Positions 13,901 through 25,554 of a stretch of DNA of 64,000 nucleotides are shown here, one piece after another; the stretch's first letter is position 1; each line of letters begins with the position of its first letter. A program made the position numbers and the translations under genes. The notes under the pieces were generated by a model, which did not search any database, had not been told where the DNA came from, and worked only from the letters and a program-made list of their open reading frames with translations. The stretch is from Leptogorgia sarmentosa (taxonomy: Eukaryota). The stretch lies in assembly GCA_964658305.1 (NCBI GenBank), contig OZ210885.1, forward strand, positions 17,484,001-17,548,000. Reading direction: 5' to 3'.

Positions 13901-15457
13901 ATTACCATGAGGTATTTTCACCTGTTGTGAGAAACACATCCATTAGAGCGTTGTTAGCACTTGCGAACAATTGCGATTGGGAAGTCCATCAGATGGACGT
14001 GCATACTGCCTTCCTGCAAGGTGATCTCGATGAGGAAATCTACATGAAGCAACCCAATGGCTATGTAGATAAAGAAAAGCCAAATTATGTTTGCAAATTG
14101 AAGAAAAGTCTCTATGGCTTGAAGCAAGCAGCTCGTTGCTGGAACTCCGCAATCGATAGTTATCTGAAGTCAGATGGTTATAAGCCAGTTGGAGCTGATC
14201 CGTGCCTGTATATAAAGTCTGTGAAGCGGCAGAATGGCAAGATCGACTTCGTGATTCTATCTCTACACGTTGATGATATTTTGTTGTTCTCGAACAACAC
14301 TGCTATGTTGAGTAACGAGAAGAGGTCCCTTGGAAGAAGATTCAAGATCGAAGATTTGGGAGAGGTTAACCACGTTCTCGGTATGTTGGTGAAGCGTGAT
14401 CGAAAGTCGAGAACCCTTACCATTAGCCAGACAAATTATCTTGAAGGTGTCTTGAAAAGATTCAATATGGAACAGTGCAAACCGGTTTCCACACCGATGG
14501 AATCCGGCAAGCAATTCCATGAGTTGTCCGATGGCGAAGATCCCGTGAACATTCAGGAGTACCAAAAGATCATTGGATGTTTGACTTATGCGACAACTGC
14601 GACACGTCCCGATCTGGCCTCTGCAGTTGGCATTCTCTCAAAATACATGACCAAACCTGGAAAGGAGCACTGGCAAGGTGTGAAAAGAATCCTGAGATAC
14701 ATTCAAGGAACAATTAATTATGGCCTTACCTTCAAAGCAAAAGACAACACTTGTTCTCTTACTGGATATTCAGACGCTGATTGGGCTGGAGACTTGGACA
14801 CTAGACGGTCGACATCTGGATACGTATTCCAAATTGAAGGTAGTACAGTCAGCTGGTGTAGCAAAAGACAAGCATGCGTATCGAAATCAACAACAGAAGC
14901 CGAGTACATGGCACTCAGTTTGGCAGCTCAAGAAGCAGTGTGGCTGAGACGATTATTGAATGACATTGGATTAAGACAAGAAACACCATCTCTCATTTAC
15001 GAGGACAATCGTGGTGCAATCGAGTTATCGAAGAATGCTAAGTTTCATAAGCGCACAAAGCATATTGATATATCATTTCATTTTATTCGGGAAAAAGTGA
15101 ACGATCAAGTTATCGAAGTCAAGTATTGTCAAACAGAAGATATGATGGCTGACATGATGACCAAGCCATTACCAAGAATCAAGTTCGAGAAGTTTAGAAA
15201 CATGATGGGGGTTGGGAAGATTGACTGATGGATCAAAATTAACACTGTGATCTCATTAAGTGGGAGTGTTGACATTTAGTTATTAGTTGACATTAGTAAT
15301 GAGACACCATAATTTCTCTATATGAAGTATTGTTGTTATTGGCGCTCTTCTCCTGTCGCCTCGTGGCGTACAAACAGTCAAACATTAGGTTAATCGTAAA
15401 TCATGTGAACCGTGTATTTATTATCATTATCATTTATATTAAAGAGCAAAACTAACA
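10985..15457 (+). mobile_element. Full-length Ty1/copia LTR retrotransposon
   Basis: 191-bp TG..CA LTRs (10985-11175, 15267-15457), identical by eye; 5-bp TSD ATCAG; PBS GGTTATGGGCCCAG at 11176; purine tract AAGTGGGAG before the 3' LTR. Confidence 0.97.
11257..15228 (+). CDS. copia gag-pol polyprotein (gag, Zn knuckle, protease, integrase, RT, RNase H)
   Basis: Uninterrupted ORF with CHYCQERGHFARDC, WIVDSGAT, WHCRYGH..CESC, HSDVCGP/RSDNGGEY/VAER, LHVDDIL, YSDADWAG. Integrase precedes RT. Confidence 0.97.
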   Translation: MASAIENVLKMAKLNGSNYRSWAFNMRLYLESLDLFAHVDGSAEPPAEDASAQAKKAFETAAKKAWTYICLAIQPEQQIHVRETRNAKEAWDTLKSQFARESILQKVRLRQQYYSCRFQNGGDMLAHINHLRSLHDQLKEMGETVNDKELAMTVLASLPDEFKPLITALDAVGEDSLSYEKVKAMLLNDVDRATDTKKCEDAFTVNRSGKKFKKPFNGTCHYCQERGHFARDCPKRKAKMNTEQRNTQRKGKESARCAEKEKKDGVADHDGDEALHTSDVENKSGWIVDSGATQHMTFERDHLTDYVEFKQPCKVNLGDNRTILAYGKGNYNLVADLDGCTQNISLKEVLYLPDLGKNLLSVRAMVKLGALVTFESDVCKVTRNSKLLALGEMCGKLYMLKVIRGNEEINVAKEDPDLHLWHCRYGHLGMDNITKLVNENMVDGMNTTGCGGDNSTCESCMMGKQHRTAYPKGIPYRATQPFEIVHSDVCGPMHVSSLGKSKYFVTFIDDYSRYIHVYFIKSKDEVLEKFKEFAKYTENTTGRKIKVLRSDNGGEYCSKAFETYMKENGIVHQTTVPYNPAQNGVAERMNRTLLETGRSMMAHSKVPFEFWAEALNTAVYLRNRSPTASLKGKTPFESLFDRKPDVSNLRVFGCKSFVHIPDHQRKKLQEKSRKCVFVGYPEGTKGFKLYDPSAKVFIRSRDVVFDEGKFHEFDGEQSSKPNSEQFQFDPFTVNSGDVDDQQDAVENNIPDPAQQHNQPVGATYEENFMRNVENLDPQRQRRPPARFDELYAAEDLTADISEPRNIEQAWNEDYCVQWKEATDSEYNSLISNDTWELVPLPAGKNVVGSRWVFKVKRDANGLVDRFKARLVAQGFSQAEGIDYHEVFSPVVRNTSIRALLALANNCDWEVHQMDVHTAFLQGDLDEEIYMKQPNGYVDKEKPNYVCKLKKSLYGLKQAARCWNSAIDSYLKSDGYKPVGADPCLYIKSVKRQNGKIDFVILSLHVDDILLFSNNTAMLSNEKRSLGRRFKIEDLGEVNHVLGMLVKRDRKSRTLTISQTNYLEGVLKRFNMEQCKPVSTPMESGKQFHELSDGEDPVNIQEYQKIIGCLTYATTATRPDLASAVGILSKYMTKPGKEHWQGVKRILRYIQGTINYGLTFKAKDNTCSLTGYSDADWAGDLDTRRSTSGYVFQIEGSTVSWCSKRQACVSKSTTEAEYMALSLAAQEAVWLRRLLNDIGLRQETPSLIYEDNRGAIELSKNAKFHKRTKHIDISFHFIREKVNDQVIEVKYCQTEDMMADMMTKPLPRIKFEKFRNMMGVGKID

Positions 15458-15952
15458 ATCAGTTCACAATACGAAGATTATAAATATAAGAATAGCTTGT
15501 TGTATACATACCACTGTGTTATGCAGTGTGCCTCATCAATAGCAACTCCAATCAACATTTCTCTGAAGCTTTCACAGTTAAATATTCCTCTCCATGTAGT
15601 GGTCGACAACAGGCATTCGGGCGAACCAAATACAACGATGTAATTACCATTTAATACTTGCTGTATGATTTCTGGATCTTCTTCGTCCGTAATAGCGATG
15701 GCTGGAATACCCACACTTTGTAAATGGATAACTTGATCGTCCATTAGTGATCGCAAAGGAGAGATGACCACAACAATGCTTGATCCACGAGGCTTCGAAT
15801 ACAGAATATCAGCTACGATTGGAAGGCACTGGAAAATCAACGATTTCCCGAAACCAGTTGGCAAATTTATGAAGATATTCTTTCCTTTGAAGAATTCTCG
15901 AATTGATTCATCTTGCTCGGGTAACATATTGGTCAAATTAAACTGTTTTTTT

Positions 15953-18900
15953 ATAATAATAATAATTTATTAAAAAATCTTGAATGGCAGTCTACACAGG
16001 CAAACTGAAAAACTCAAGTTACATTTCTAACAGATCTAGCTATGTTACAACAATTAAAAAAGGTTACACTTTAACAATTAAGACTACGTTAAAATACTTA
16101 TCTTAAATCTTTATGACTATAGAAAGGTTAGTTACTATAATAGTTAGAATGTGTCCCACTTTCTCACGCAATACGGTAGACAGCTATCACTAAATCTTTT
16201 AGTATGTGATTTAAAAAGTGGAATGTTTCGAGCATGTCTAAGGTTGTGCTCATGGTTGACTGGTTTGGGCAACAACTCAAATAGTTTACTTGAAGTGTCA
16301 CAGTAAATTTTCTTGTAAAAACGCTTGCACAACGACTCTCTTCTTTCGGTGAGTGTAGGCAGCTTCAAGGTATTCAGGCTCTCATGATACGGCTGGTGTG
16401 GTAGGATAATTTTAATAATAAGAATGCCATACCGGGCACGCGTATTCAAGAACAGGCCGAATAAAACTGCAAAAAACCCTTCGAAGATCTCTTGATTGTA
16501 CGCCATTACGTTTAAGGAGCCTTAGTGCATACAACCGCTTACTTGCCTTCGAGCAAATATGGGTAACATGTTTTGTCCATTTAAGATCAGATGTTAAGTA
16601 AACACCCAGGAGTTTTATAGTGTGAACCATCTCAAGATGTTGGTTGTTGATCATCAGAGGCTGGATTGATGGTTGGTTAGTTAGGAAGGACACAATGAAT
16701 TCTTTAGTTTTCTCAACATTTAGCTTCATATTATTCGCAATTGACCATTGGTTTACACTGTCTACCTCTTGTTGTAAGGTTAACGGGTCAGATTTGTCGA
16801 CTTTCACAACTTCTGAGAGGGCACTATCGTCCACGTATTTATATAAGGGTAGTTGACTTGCCAAATCGTTCACCATGATCAGAAAAAATAGGGGTCCTAG
16901 TTTAGTCCCTTGTGGTACTCCACTTTACAAAGGTTTATCACCTTATTATGATATGCTTTATATTTTTGCGAGTTATTCTTCACCCAAGCTTGCTGACGTT
17001 TTTTAATAGTGTCTTTAATTGTAGGAGTGATCCACGGTTTGTCGCTGGGATGTTTTTTGACAGAGCAAATGGGGAGGTAAAAATCAATGGCGTCATGGAT
17101 TACGGTCTGGAAAGTTACTAGTTGATGCTCGCATGAGTTTAACCGCAAAATGGGCGTCCAGTTGAAGTTTTCTAAGAACTGGGTCAAGCGTCTCTTATTT
17201 GATGCTCTACAGTCGCGTTTTTGAATTCGCGTTGTTGGTAAGCTGGGGGATGTCTCCCAGTGGGTTGAAGAGTGGTCAGATAGTCCAACAGGTGGTAGTG
17301 TAATAGATTCGTAATGCGACAGCGAAGTTGAAAATGCTTGGTCTAAAATATTGTTCCCCCTGGTGGGCTTCGTAACCAGTTTCTTAAGTTTAAAAGAGGA
17401 ACACAAATTACCTGGTTGGAACTGGTTAAAGTCCCCAAGGAGTATAATCCCAGAATTCGGATAGACAGCAAGGAGGGAGTCGAGGCAATTGAAAATATGT
17501 GAACGGAGAATGCGATCATCGCTCTGAGGGGGATGATAAACTGTTCCCAGTATAATAGAGTTTATTCCTCTTGGTAAGCGATCCATTTTTATAAGGAACC
17601 ATTGGCTTTCGATGTCAGGTTCGCCCAGGTTTCGTAGTTCGATAACATTAAGTCGGGAGTTTATGTAAGTACAAAGACCTCCGCCTCGTTGATCATTAGG
17701 TCGGTCTCTTCGATATATTACGTATCCAGGAATACGGATAAGATTATCGTCTATCAGCGAAGACAGCCATGACTCGGTGATCACAATAATTTCATAGGAG
17801 TTGGCGGACACAGTTGCAAAAAGTTCATCTAGTTTGTTGACCATTGACCTGACATTGCTGAAGAAAATTGATGGGAAGTTCGGCCTAGTGACCGATCTTT
17901 GCAACGGAATTTGAATTAAGTTATTCGGGTTTCTAGATTTTATGTCGTGATTATATAGTTCCTCTGAATAGTTTAAATTGCTTGGGGAGCTGTAACTCGA
18001 CGCACGATTGTATAATGCGTTGTTTTCTCTACCGTCAGATATATGACATCTATTACTTATTATCACAGGAATATTGCTGGAGGTCGCGTTGGTACTGACA
18101 TCAGTGGAGGGGGGTATGGGGAAGGTTGGGATCTGGTATACGTTATTACTTGGTGTAGTAGGTCTAGTACGGTCTATTGTTGGTAACGGGACCAAGGGTG
18201 AGGTGGATAAGTATGAACGCTCATCAAGGGCAATGGCGTCGCTTGGTGTTGACCCGTTAAGCAAGAGACTGTATGGAGATGCGCTAGCCATTCCAAAGAG
18301 TGGTGGCGGGAGGCTGTCCGATATGACGGCTCGACACAGCGAACTTTGCGAAAAGGGGGAGTTGGAGGGGCTTGCAAGGATCGAGCTGTTTCGTTACCAC
18401 TTTTTTCATTTTGGTTCGATTTTACATTAGGATTCTTGTCAGTTCGGCGGACCCTAAGGTGATTAGCCCTTTTTGGGTTTGTAAGTGAGTCGCAATTCCT
18501 ATTGATCAGCACATATTTACGATCATTATTATGGCTGCCTTTATCTGTCATATTTCGGGTTTGGTGAATAAGCCTATACTCTTTAATTTGTTGATCGAAT
18601 ATAGGAGCTGGTTTCCGTGTATTTGAGTGAACAGGTATGCTGCGATTGTTGTTATGCAAATTATAATGCTTAGTTCTATAGTCTTCTAATTGTTGATCAA
18701 ATGGGGGAGACTGTTCATGTTCATTATGATAAATAGGGTCAGTATTATAGGAGCTTTGGTTATTTTCTTCAACGACTTTAGTTAAATTCGCATCTTGGGA
18801 ATACTCACAAACATTCACGATCTGTTGATGGAACAAAAGATCTTTGGGGGGGTTGGCCGATTCGTCATTGTGCAGAAATTCTATGTCTTTGTCCTCATGG

Positions 18901-19596
18901 TTTGGAAAGGCATGTGAAATAGCCTGGGGATTAATTTGGTATGATTTAAGTATATTAAGTTCTTCTTCGAGTCTGTTCACTTGTAATTCTAAAACACACC
19001 TTTTTAATTTTTCTTCTTCCAAATCGATTTGAAGACGAGCTATTTCGCTACCCAGACTTGCGGATGTTAGCAAGGGCTGGTCGGCACACGTAATAACCGA
19101 CTGCACAGAATCTACTCTGGTCTTCAGTATTTCTATCTCAAGTAGCGCACTGTCAATTGTCTCGTTCAAGTCTCCATAACTATGCATATCGGTCACCTTT
19201 TCAGGCTTGCCGGTGAATGGATGGATACACAAATCTATCAAATATTCTTTAACTTTAGTGCCTACCGAACCGTTCAAAGTTAGTGTATTAAGTTTGCCTG
19301 GATACCAAATAGCGACGAAATCATTGCTTTTTGCATCGAATTTCTTAGAGCTACCACCGTACGAGCGCCATTTACCTTCGAGACCGAGTGCAACTTGAAT
19401 GAAATCTTGTAGGGTCTCAAAGCCATCGCACCAACTCATACGTTTACCATCATAGGCAATACTTTTAGACATCACATAATTCTTAATTTTTGGTCATCCC
19501 ATTTAATATCGACACAGTTATAACATTTGCCAGTGCTCTTAAGTGCATGAACGTCTGCCATTGTTGACGCATGAACGTTGGGTAGCGAACAGGAAC
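15953..19596 (-). mobile_element. CR1/L2-group non-LTR retrotransposon, internally deleted, inserted in helicase exon 1
   Basis: ORF1-like 19475-18174; APE endonuclease (NVRS, ITESWL, GGG, YHPP, GDFN, SDH); abrupt jump near 16921 to RT GVPQGTKLGP / YVDD; 3' AATAAA + (TTA)n tail near 15953-15971. 5' boundary approximate. Confidence 0.85.
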
Positions 19597-20394
19597 TACT
19601 TCGTCAAATGCCAAATTCCACTGAGACTCTGTATACATTTCCGCCATGTTGAAAATATTATTTTGCGGGAAAATTATAGCACTAGGTCCAATCACAGAAC
19701 CGAAAAGAACCAGCCATAACAAGAGCCAATCACAGATGATTATAGATATTCGTGCAAATCACCGGCTGCGACGCAGGCTAACGAATTTTAGATGGAAAAG
19801 AATACGAGCGAATATTGGCTTAAAATAGTTTTATTTCAAAGACGAAATGTGTATGAAATGAAAATATAATTTCCTAAAGTTAAAACATTTCAAAACGTCC
19901 TATGCGAATATTTTACATCAAATTTAGGTTAAATGACATTAGTGCGACATATATTCTGCAAATTAAAAAGCATTCTATAAAAACCAGGTTAAAAACTGAT
20001 ATTTTTTTCCATTATTTTTTCATTTTTAAAAAAATATACGGAAAAATATGACGACAATGACTGGGTACTTCATGTTGTTAGAATATAGGTGCATTGAGTT
20101 GACTGTAGTCTTGCTACGTTAGTAAGACGAGCTAGGGGTTGCTGCATGTATGTTTTTGTAGTTAAATGATAATTTGTGATCACATAGCCACAGATCAATG
20201 CAGGGTATCCTTGTTCAAAACTCAGTCAGTGTTACCCGAGCTAATGTAAAATCCAAGCCAATGGACCTTGTGTATAATGATGTTTTGCTCTCAGCATGCA
20301 TTATGACGACTACAAATACTTGCAAAGTATCCTGGTAGTTGTAGTCACACAGCGGAACAAACCGTCATTATCCATAAGGTCTATTTTCTGGCGT

Positions 20395-23109
20395 TTATGC
20401 AATCTGAATCAACTGCAGTAGAAACTGGTAATACTGATCATCAGTGTCAATCAAAGGACTGATGAAAAATGGCAAGAGTTGTAAGAATAATCGAGCTTTT
20501 GCAGCATTGTACTTTAATTTGTATCGTTCATCACTGTGGAACACAGTATCTCTCGGGGGAATCGGCTTGTCACTGATTTCTGAATAGCCATATTCATGAC
20601 TTAAAATAGCTCCATTGATTTCCGAAAGACTGGTTTGACTAGACTGAATGTAGTGTAGCAAAACAAGTCTAACTTCATATTGCACAACTTTTTCTAACAA
20701 AGTGTGCATGTCCTGAGGAAGTTGTTGGGTGACATCAAATGTAGGTAGCTGGCAAAGGGAACTTCTTGTAGTTAGTCCGTAAGTTGTTTTCAGATCGTTT
20801 TGGACATTCAGAGTTGGAGCCTGTTCAATGGCATCAAACTGTGCACTGTAGGTTTCCATTGTCCGGAGAACAAATGCTTCTTCCAGAAAGTCACGTTGCA
20901 TTTGTTCAAATGTACATTGGCAATGACGACACTTCTGAAAAGCTACTCCAACTCCCTCTTTGTAACCTCCCCAATAGTGCTGACCAAGGGTATCACCAGC
21001 ACAAATCAGAACCTTCCCATGGATGACTTTTTCAACACCATTAATCTCCATCTTATATCCCTTGTACAGCATATTCAAATCATCCACCAGTGGCTTCATA
21101 ATGGTATCAATGCCATACTTCTTCACTAAATCAGCATTAGCAATCGCAAATAAATGGACTGCACAACGCTTGGACCTGAACTTTGGAGATAAATTTGCAA
21201 TTGTATAATAGTACATGTCGAGTTTGTGCACCCCTGCATTACTGCCTAACGGGTTGCACACCTCTAATTCGTCGTGATATAGTATAAGACACAAGGAGTT
21301 AGAACAGACTTGGAACAGACTACTTGATTGAGAACTTGGGTCGATTCTTCTTTAAATTTTAAATGTGCTTCAAAAGTTTGGCGGCAATTGCGTAGCGTGC
21401 ATCATCAAATGTTTTGTGGGTGATTCATTGAAACCCAGCTATATTTGTGGGTTTTTTTGCATGTTCAATTTCTACTTGTAACGTCATATACTGAAATGTT
21501 TTAAGTTCTTGTTACGAGTAACAATCAAACTGAGCAAAGAGAAAACTTTATTAAATATGTAATATGCTAATTATATTAATATATTAATTGTATAATATAT
21601 TAATTATATACCTGAGGTATTTTATTTCTTTCTTTCACCTTTAGTAGGAACGAAGCAGCGCTTCTCTTAATGTCCACACCAACATTCTAAAACCACATTC
21701 AAGTTATTGTAATTATAGCGCTATTATACCCGATGGCTTCTTGCTATATTTTTAAACTGCTTCTGATGGATGTTGTGTAGGAGTCAAAAATAATCTTCTC
21801 ACAGGTTAAGGACTCAGATTAAGGTACACAACAGGGGTCAGAATATGATATCCCTGCATGGCTAATGCCTCAATACAAGAAAATCAAGGCAGGTGCAAAG
21901 AGTTGTACATCCTCAGGCATTTTCTAGTGATTAGTGTCATGTTTTATTTTAGTGTCAACACCCATCAGAAAATGTCGTCAACAGGGGGATGCATATATTA
22001 AATGGAATGGCCCTAAGCAATCAAAATGGATATTGATTGTAAACACACAGTGAATAATAAAATGAAATGTCGGATGAATCTTGGTTTATTCACTCGGTTT
22101 ATTACTTTATATGAAATGGGAAAAGTTGATAAGTATATACCTGGTTTTCAGCCATGTTCGCTTCCCATAATTCTTCGGAATCTGAACTATCTTTGTCTGA
22201 TATTTCGTTATACAGGGTGTCTCAAAAAAAAGGTAATCCAACTTTGGCATGCCATTGTGCGTTAATTACTGGGTGTACAAACGTGATTTTTGCATGGTCA
22301 TAAAGATCAAAGTCTTAGCAGTTGAATGACCTATTTCTTGTACGATATGGAAGAAAATCAGGCAAATGCAAGCGTGTTGAAAAATCTTGGTGAAAAACGC
22401 ATTCTTTCACCTCTGTGCCTATTTAAAGCAGTGCATAACAAAAGAAAAATGCAATTTATCACGAATGTGTCATGGTAACAAAGATTTTATCAGGATTATT
22501 AATAATTATGCATAATCAGGTCGATTGTTGAAGGGAAGGTCGTCATCTTCGAGTCCCAGAGGGAGTTAATTTTGAATAAGTTTAGCTGCAATTCTCAGAG
22601 GTGAAAGAATGCGTTTTTCACCGAGATTTTTCAACACGCTCGCATTTGCCTGATTTTCTTCCATATCGTACAACAAATATGTCATTCAACTGCTAAGACC
22701 TTGATCTTTATGACCATGCTAAAATCACGTTCGTACACCCAGCAATTAACGCACAATGGCATGCCAAAGTTCGATTACCTTTTTTTTGAGACACCCTGTA
22801 TAAAGGCAGGTTGTAATCAAATAAATCACCGTCATCATTGACCTTGTCCTCAGTATTATCAACATCAGAGTTGCCTTTAACAGCCTCATTGTATACATCC
22901 CCATGGCACCTTGTAATGTGCTTATATAACGAGTTATATTTGGTAAATATTGCCAGACAATCGTCAACGTTACATACAACTCGAAAATTGGTTTCATGGC
23001 CATGAACCTTATTATAGTGATTAAGCAGCGTTCTAAGCGAGATCGCTTGAAAACAATTGCAGCATGTACACGTCCAAGGTGTTTCATTTGTGCAACGTTG
23101 TCTTTTCAT
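20395..23109 (-). pseudogene. EnSpm/CACTA(CMC)-like transposase fragments with N-terminal zinc fingers
   Basis: LYHDELEVCNPLGS..HKL..Y..NL.P..RS, CAGDTLGQH..GG, CRHC and DMHTLLE in 20395-21294; C2H2-like exon 23109-22799 that continues past the MITE. Confidence 0.6.
22213..22798. mobile_element. Tc1/mariner-type MITE with about 200-bp TIRs
   Basis: CAGGGTGTCTCAAAAAAAAGGTAATC... arms at 22213-22415 and 22596-22798, flanked by TA; interrupts the zinc-finger ORF. Confidence 0.85.
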
Positions 23110-24700
23110 TCAAAACACATGTTTTTGAACAGAAAACTTGTCAATTTTATGCAATATAATGCACGTATCAATGTTAAGTGGGAGGGGGGGGGGAGGGCAG
23201 GCGATAATAGGGGATTTGGCAAATGAAGTTGTACTTAGCGTTGGGAACGAGAAAGCCTGAGACGAGGGCCATTTGAATGTTATCTCCAAAAGGTTGGGGA
23301 AGGTCGGGCATTTGATCGATAACCAATTTTGAAAGTACAAAGGAAATTTAAGGAATTTGAAGAGGTCTAGTGGAAGTGGAACAGCTTAACCACATGTTTG
23401 AATATGGCGGAAAAAGCGAACGAGGTATTGTTATTCAAGTACATCGCCTTTTGTAGTTGCTGTCACATGAATTATTCATTTTTGTTGCCATTTTTAAGAA
23501 TGATAGAAATGATATAAAGTTTTTTTGGTGTATTTTCAGGTTAAGCCATTTAAAATATGGAATGTCAACAGAATGAAGAAAATTACTGTTGCACTTTAAC
23601 ATCTAACTTGTCCCTTGGATCTCCTATAGTGGTAATAAATTATTTACAAAAACTATATATTAATCAGTCATGCTTGCAGACCAGACCACTTCCCAACCTA
23701 ACCTGTTATGGTTTAATGTATACAGCCATGATTTTTTACTGTTATGGATGCCAGATATATTTTTGTATCTGCATGACGTAGTGACGCAGATATATTGCTA
23801 TCGTGTTGTTAGCTGTAACTGTAACCGTGCGGCGTCGTGTCTGATGTTCGCCATTTGTAAATACTTCGAAGTGAGCAAGTTCGCAAATCGTCTAAATATT
23901 GTACTTTTTTCCTGATTTCTATCCTACTTTTGTCGCCATTTGTAAACATGACAGAGTTACAGCAGGTTTTACCGTTACAGGTTGTTTGGAGCCGTGGGTA
24001 TCAAAAGTAGGATAGAAATGAGACACTGTGTGCTGCAGATTTATACACAGATACGCAAAAATATCACGACGCAAATTATACATTGGCATTGCTTTTGAAG
24101 ATATTAAAGAGGTTTGCTATGGATTCAGATCATCCAAGCAAAAATATCATGATGCAATTATATATTGTATTACCCTCAACACACACAGGGAATATATTCA
24201 AGGTTATGAAAGAGATTTATGTCTTGACAAAATTGCTCATATATTTTCCCTACGATACTTTAGCGTGTCGGCACTGACACATTCGTACATGTTTGGACTA
24301 CACGCGGTGTCATTGTGATCACGGAACAACTACTATATTTTGACGCTTCGCCTTACAGAATGGTTGAAACATTCAATCCCAGGAAAATAGATTTTGTAGC
24401 AAGCGCGAGACAGAACAAACGAAACCATATATACTGTAGTTTGAAGTATTCTGTTTTGAACCTACGTGCATACCGATCATACACTTGAGCGTCCATGCAA
24501 ATGCTGCATGAATGGATAGAATATAGTGTATATAAATATATTATTATAATATGGTTTTGAAAAGAGTAAATTTGGCTTTAGCACTGTCTATGCGATATAT
24601 CATATTTCGTCAAGTTTAAATTCACTATGCAATTTGATATGATCGCGCGAATTCCGGAATGTGAGATAGTCATGAAAGCTTATATCAAGTATTGAATACG

Positions 24701-24758
24701 TCTCACGTCTTAACCATGCACAACCTCACGTCTTAAAAAGCACAACCTCACGTCTTAA
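24701..24758. repeat. Short tandem repeat (CACAACCTCACGTCTTAA-like, 3 copies)
   Basis: CTCACGTCTTAA recurs at about 22-bp spacing. Confidence 0.6.
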
Positions 24759-25227
24759 GTATTTGCGCTATTCGCCTATTCCCTAGCAGTAAGTCATTTC
24801 ATACAAGATCGCGTATTAGGGACAGGTGAGATGCGTGTATGGAAAAGCTGAAAACAAATAAGACTTGATCATCGCTGGTAACCAAGCTACATAGGCGCAG
24901 ATACATGCATACAAAGTGTTGTGTACCTATTTTTTATATTTACTGCACTTGTTCAACTTTTTAATTTTATTGAATACCAGATACTTTTTTATATTTATTA
25001 CACTACTTGCTAGAGTTAAAAATTAACACTTCTGGTTGTGTTTTTGCATATGGGCATAAGCTAATTAAGCTTATTCTACAGAAACATACTGTTAGGGAAC
25101 GGAGGAAAAATGAGAGCATCTATCTTAGATAGAGTTTTATTTTATACATGTTAATGAAAGTTCAGAGATGTACCTTGGTGCATGAACTACAAAGATCATG
25201 TTTCTTAACAAAATATTTTCTGACAGG

Positions 25228-25550
25228 ATAATTTACCATTGCAAACAGTCTCTGATATTGGAAAGCTTAAGGAAGAAGCTAAAATATTTGGAAGAGGCAA
25301 AACAACAAAAACCCTTACAAACTGGCAACAGGAAATTAACAAAGAAGGAGCTAAAATTGCAGCAGAAAATCCATTATATCTCACAAACAGAGGTAAGTTG
25401 ATTTTTTATTATCTCGTACCATTACCAGCTCTTTACAAAGATTTTCATTGAGCAGACATGCTTTTTACTTTTGGCAGGGAAACTGCTTGATAAAGCAAAG
25501 GAAAATGTTAAAAATCAAGGCTACAATTTCGTAAAGGGTTTTTCACGAGG
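25228..25550 (+). pseudogene. Two exons of a probable second (accessory) gene of the EnSpm-like element, truncated by a LINE
   Basis: Exons 25228-25391 and ~25478-25550 with AG/GT borders read ...LYLTNRG|KLLDKAKENVKNQGYNFVKGFSR; ends abruptly at the Tx1 fragment. Confidence 0.4.
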
Positions 25551-25554
25551 AACC

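Larger units (their letters stand above)
9361..19647 (-). pseudogene. RecQ-like SF2 helicase of AcademH; exon 1 (19647 to ~19597, then ~15950-15512) split by a LINE, exon 2 10747-9361
   Basis: Motifs LPTGFGKS (Walker A), ISPL, DEAH, LTATAT, YHAG, STVAFGMGVN, QECERAGRDG and RQC-like CRR..CCDIC. Splice TG|gt..ag|G restores WGLSTGKKIPFRKWY. Confidence 0.85.
2597..19780. mobile_element. AcademH DNA transposon (transposase + RecQ-like helicase) with nested insertions
   Basis: Termini TAGCCTGCGTCGCAGCCGG...CCGGCTGCGACGCAGGCTA with gapped inverted homology over 2597-2782 / 19636-19780. TSD ACGAATTT at 2589-2596 and 19781-19788. Convergent transposase (+) and DEAH helicase (-) genes. Confidence 0.88.

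Noticed and set aside
9361..15936. Host RecQ/BLM/WRN gene
   Set aside because: It lies within TIRs and a TSD opposite an Academ transposase, so it is the element's own helicase.
23790..24020. Inverted repeat TTTCTATCCTACTTTT / AAAAGTAGGATAGAAA and duplicated CGCCATTTGTAAA
   Set aside because: Too short and without a TSD; cannot be assigned to an element.
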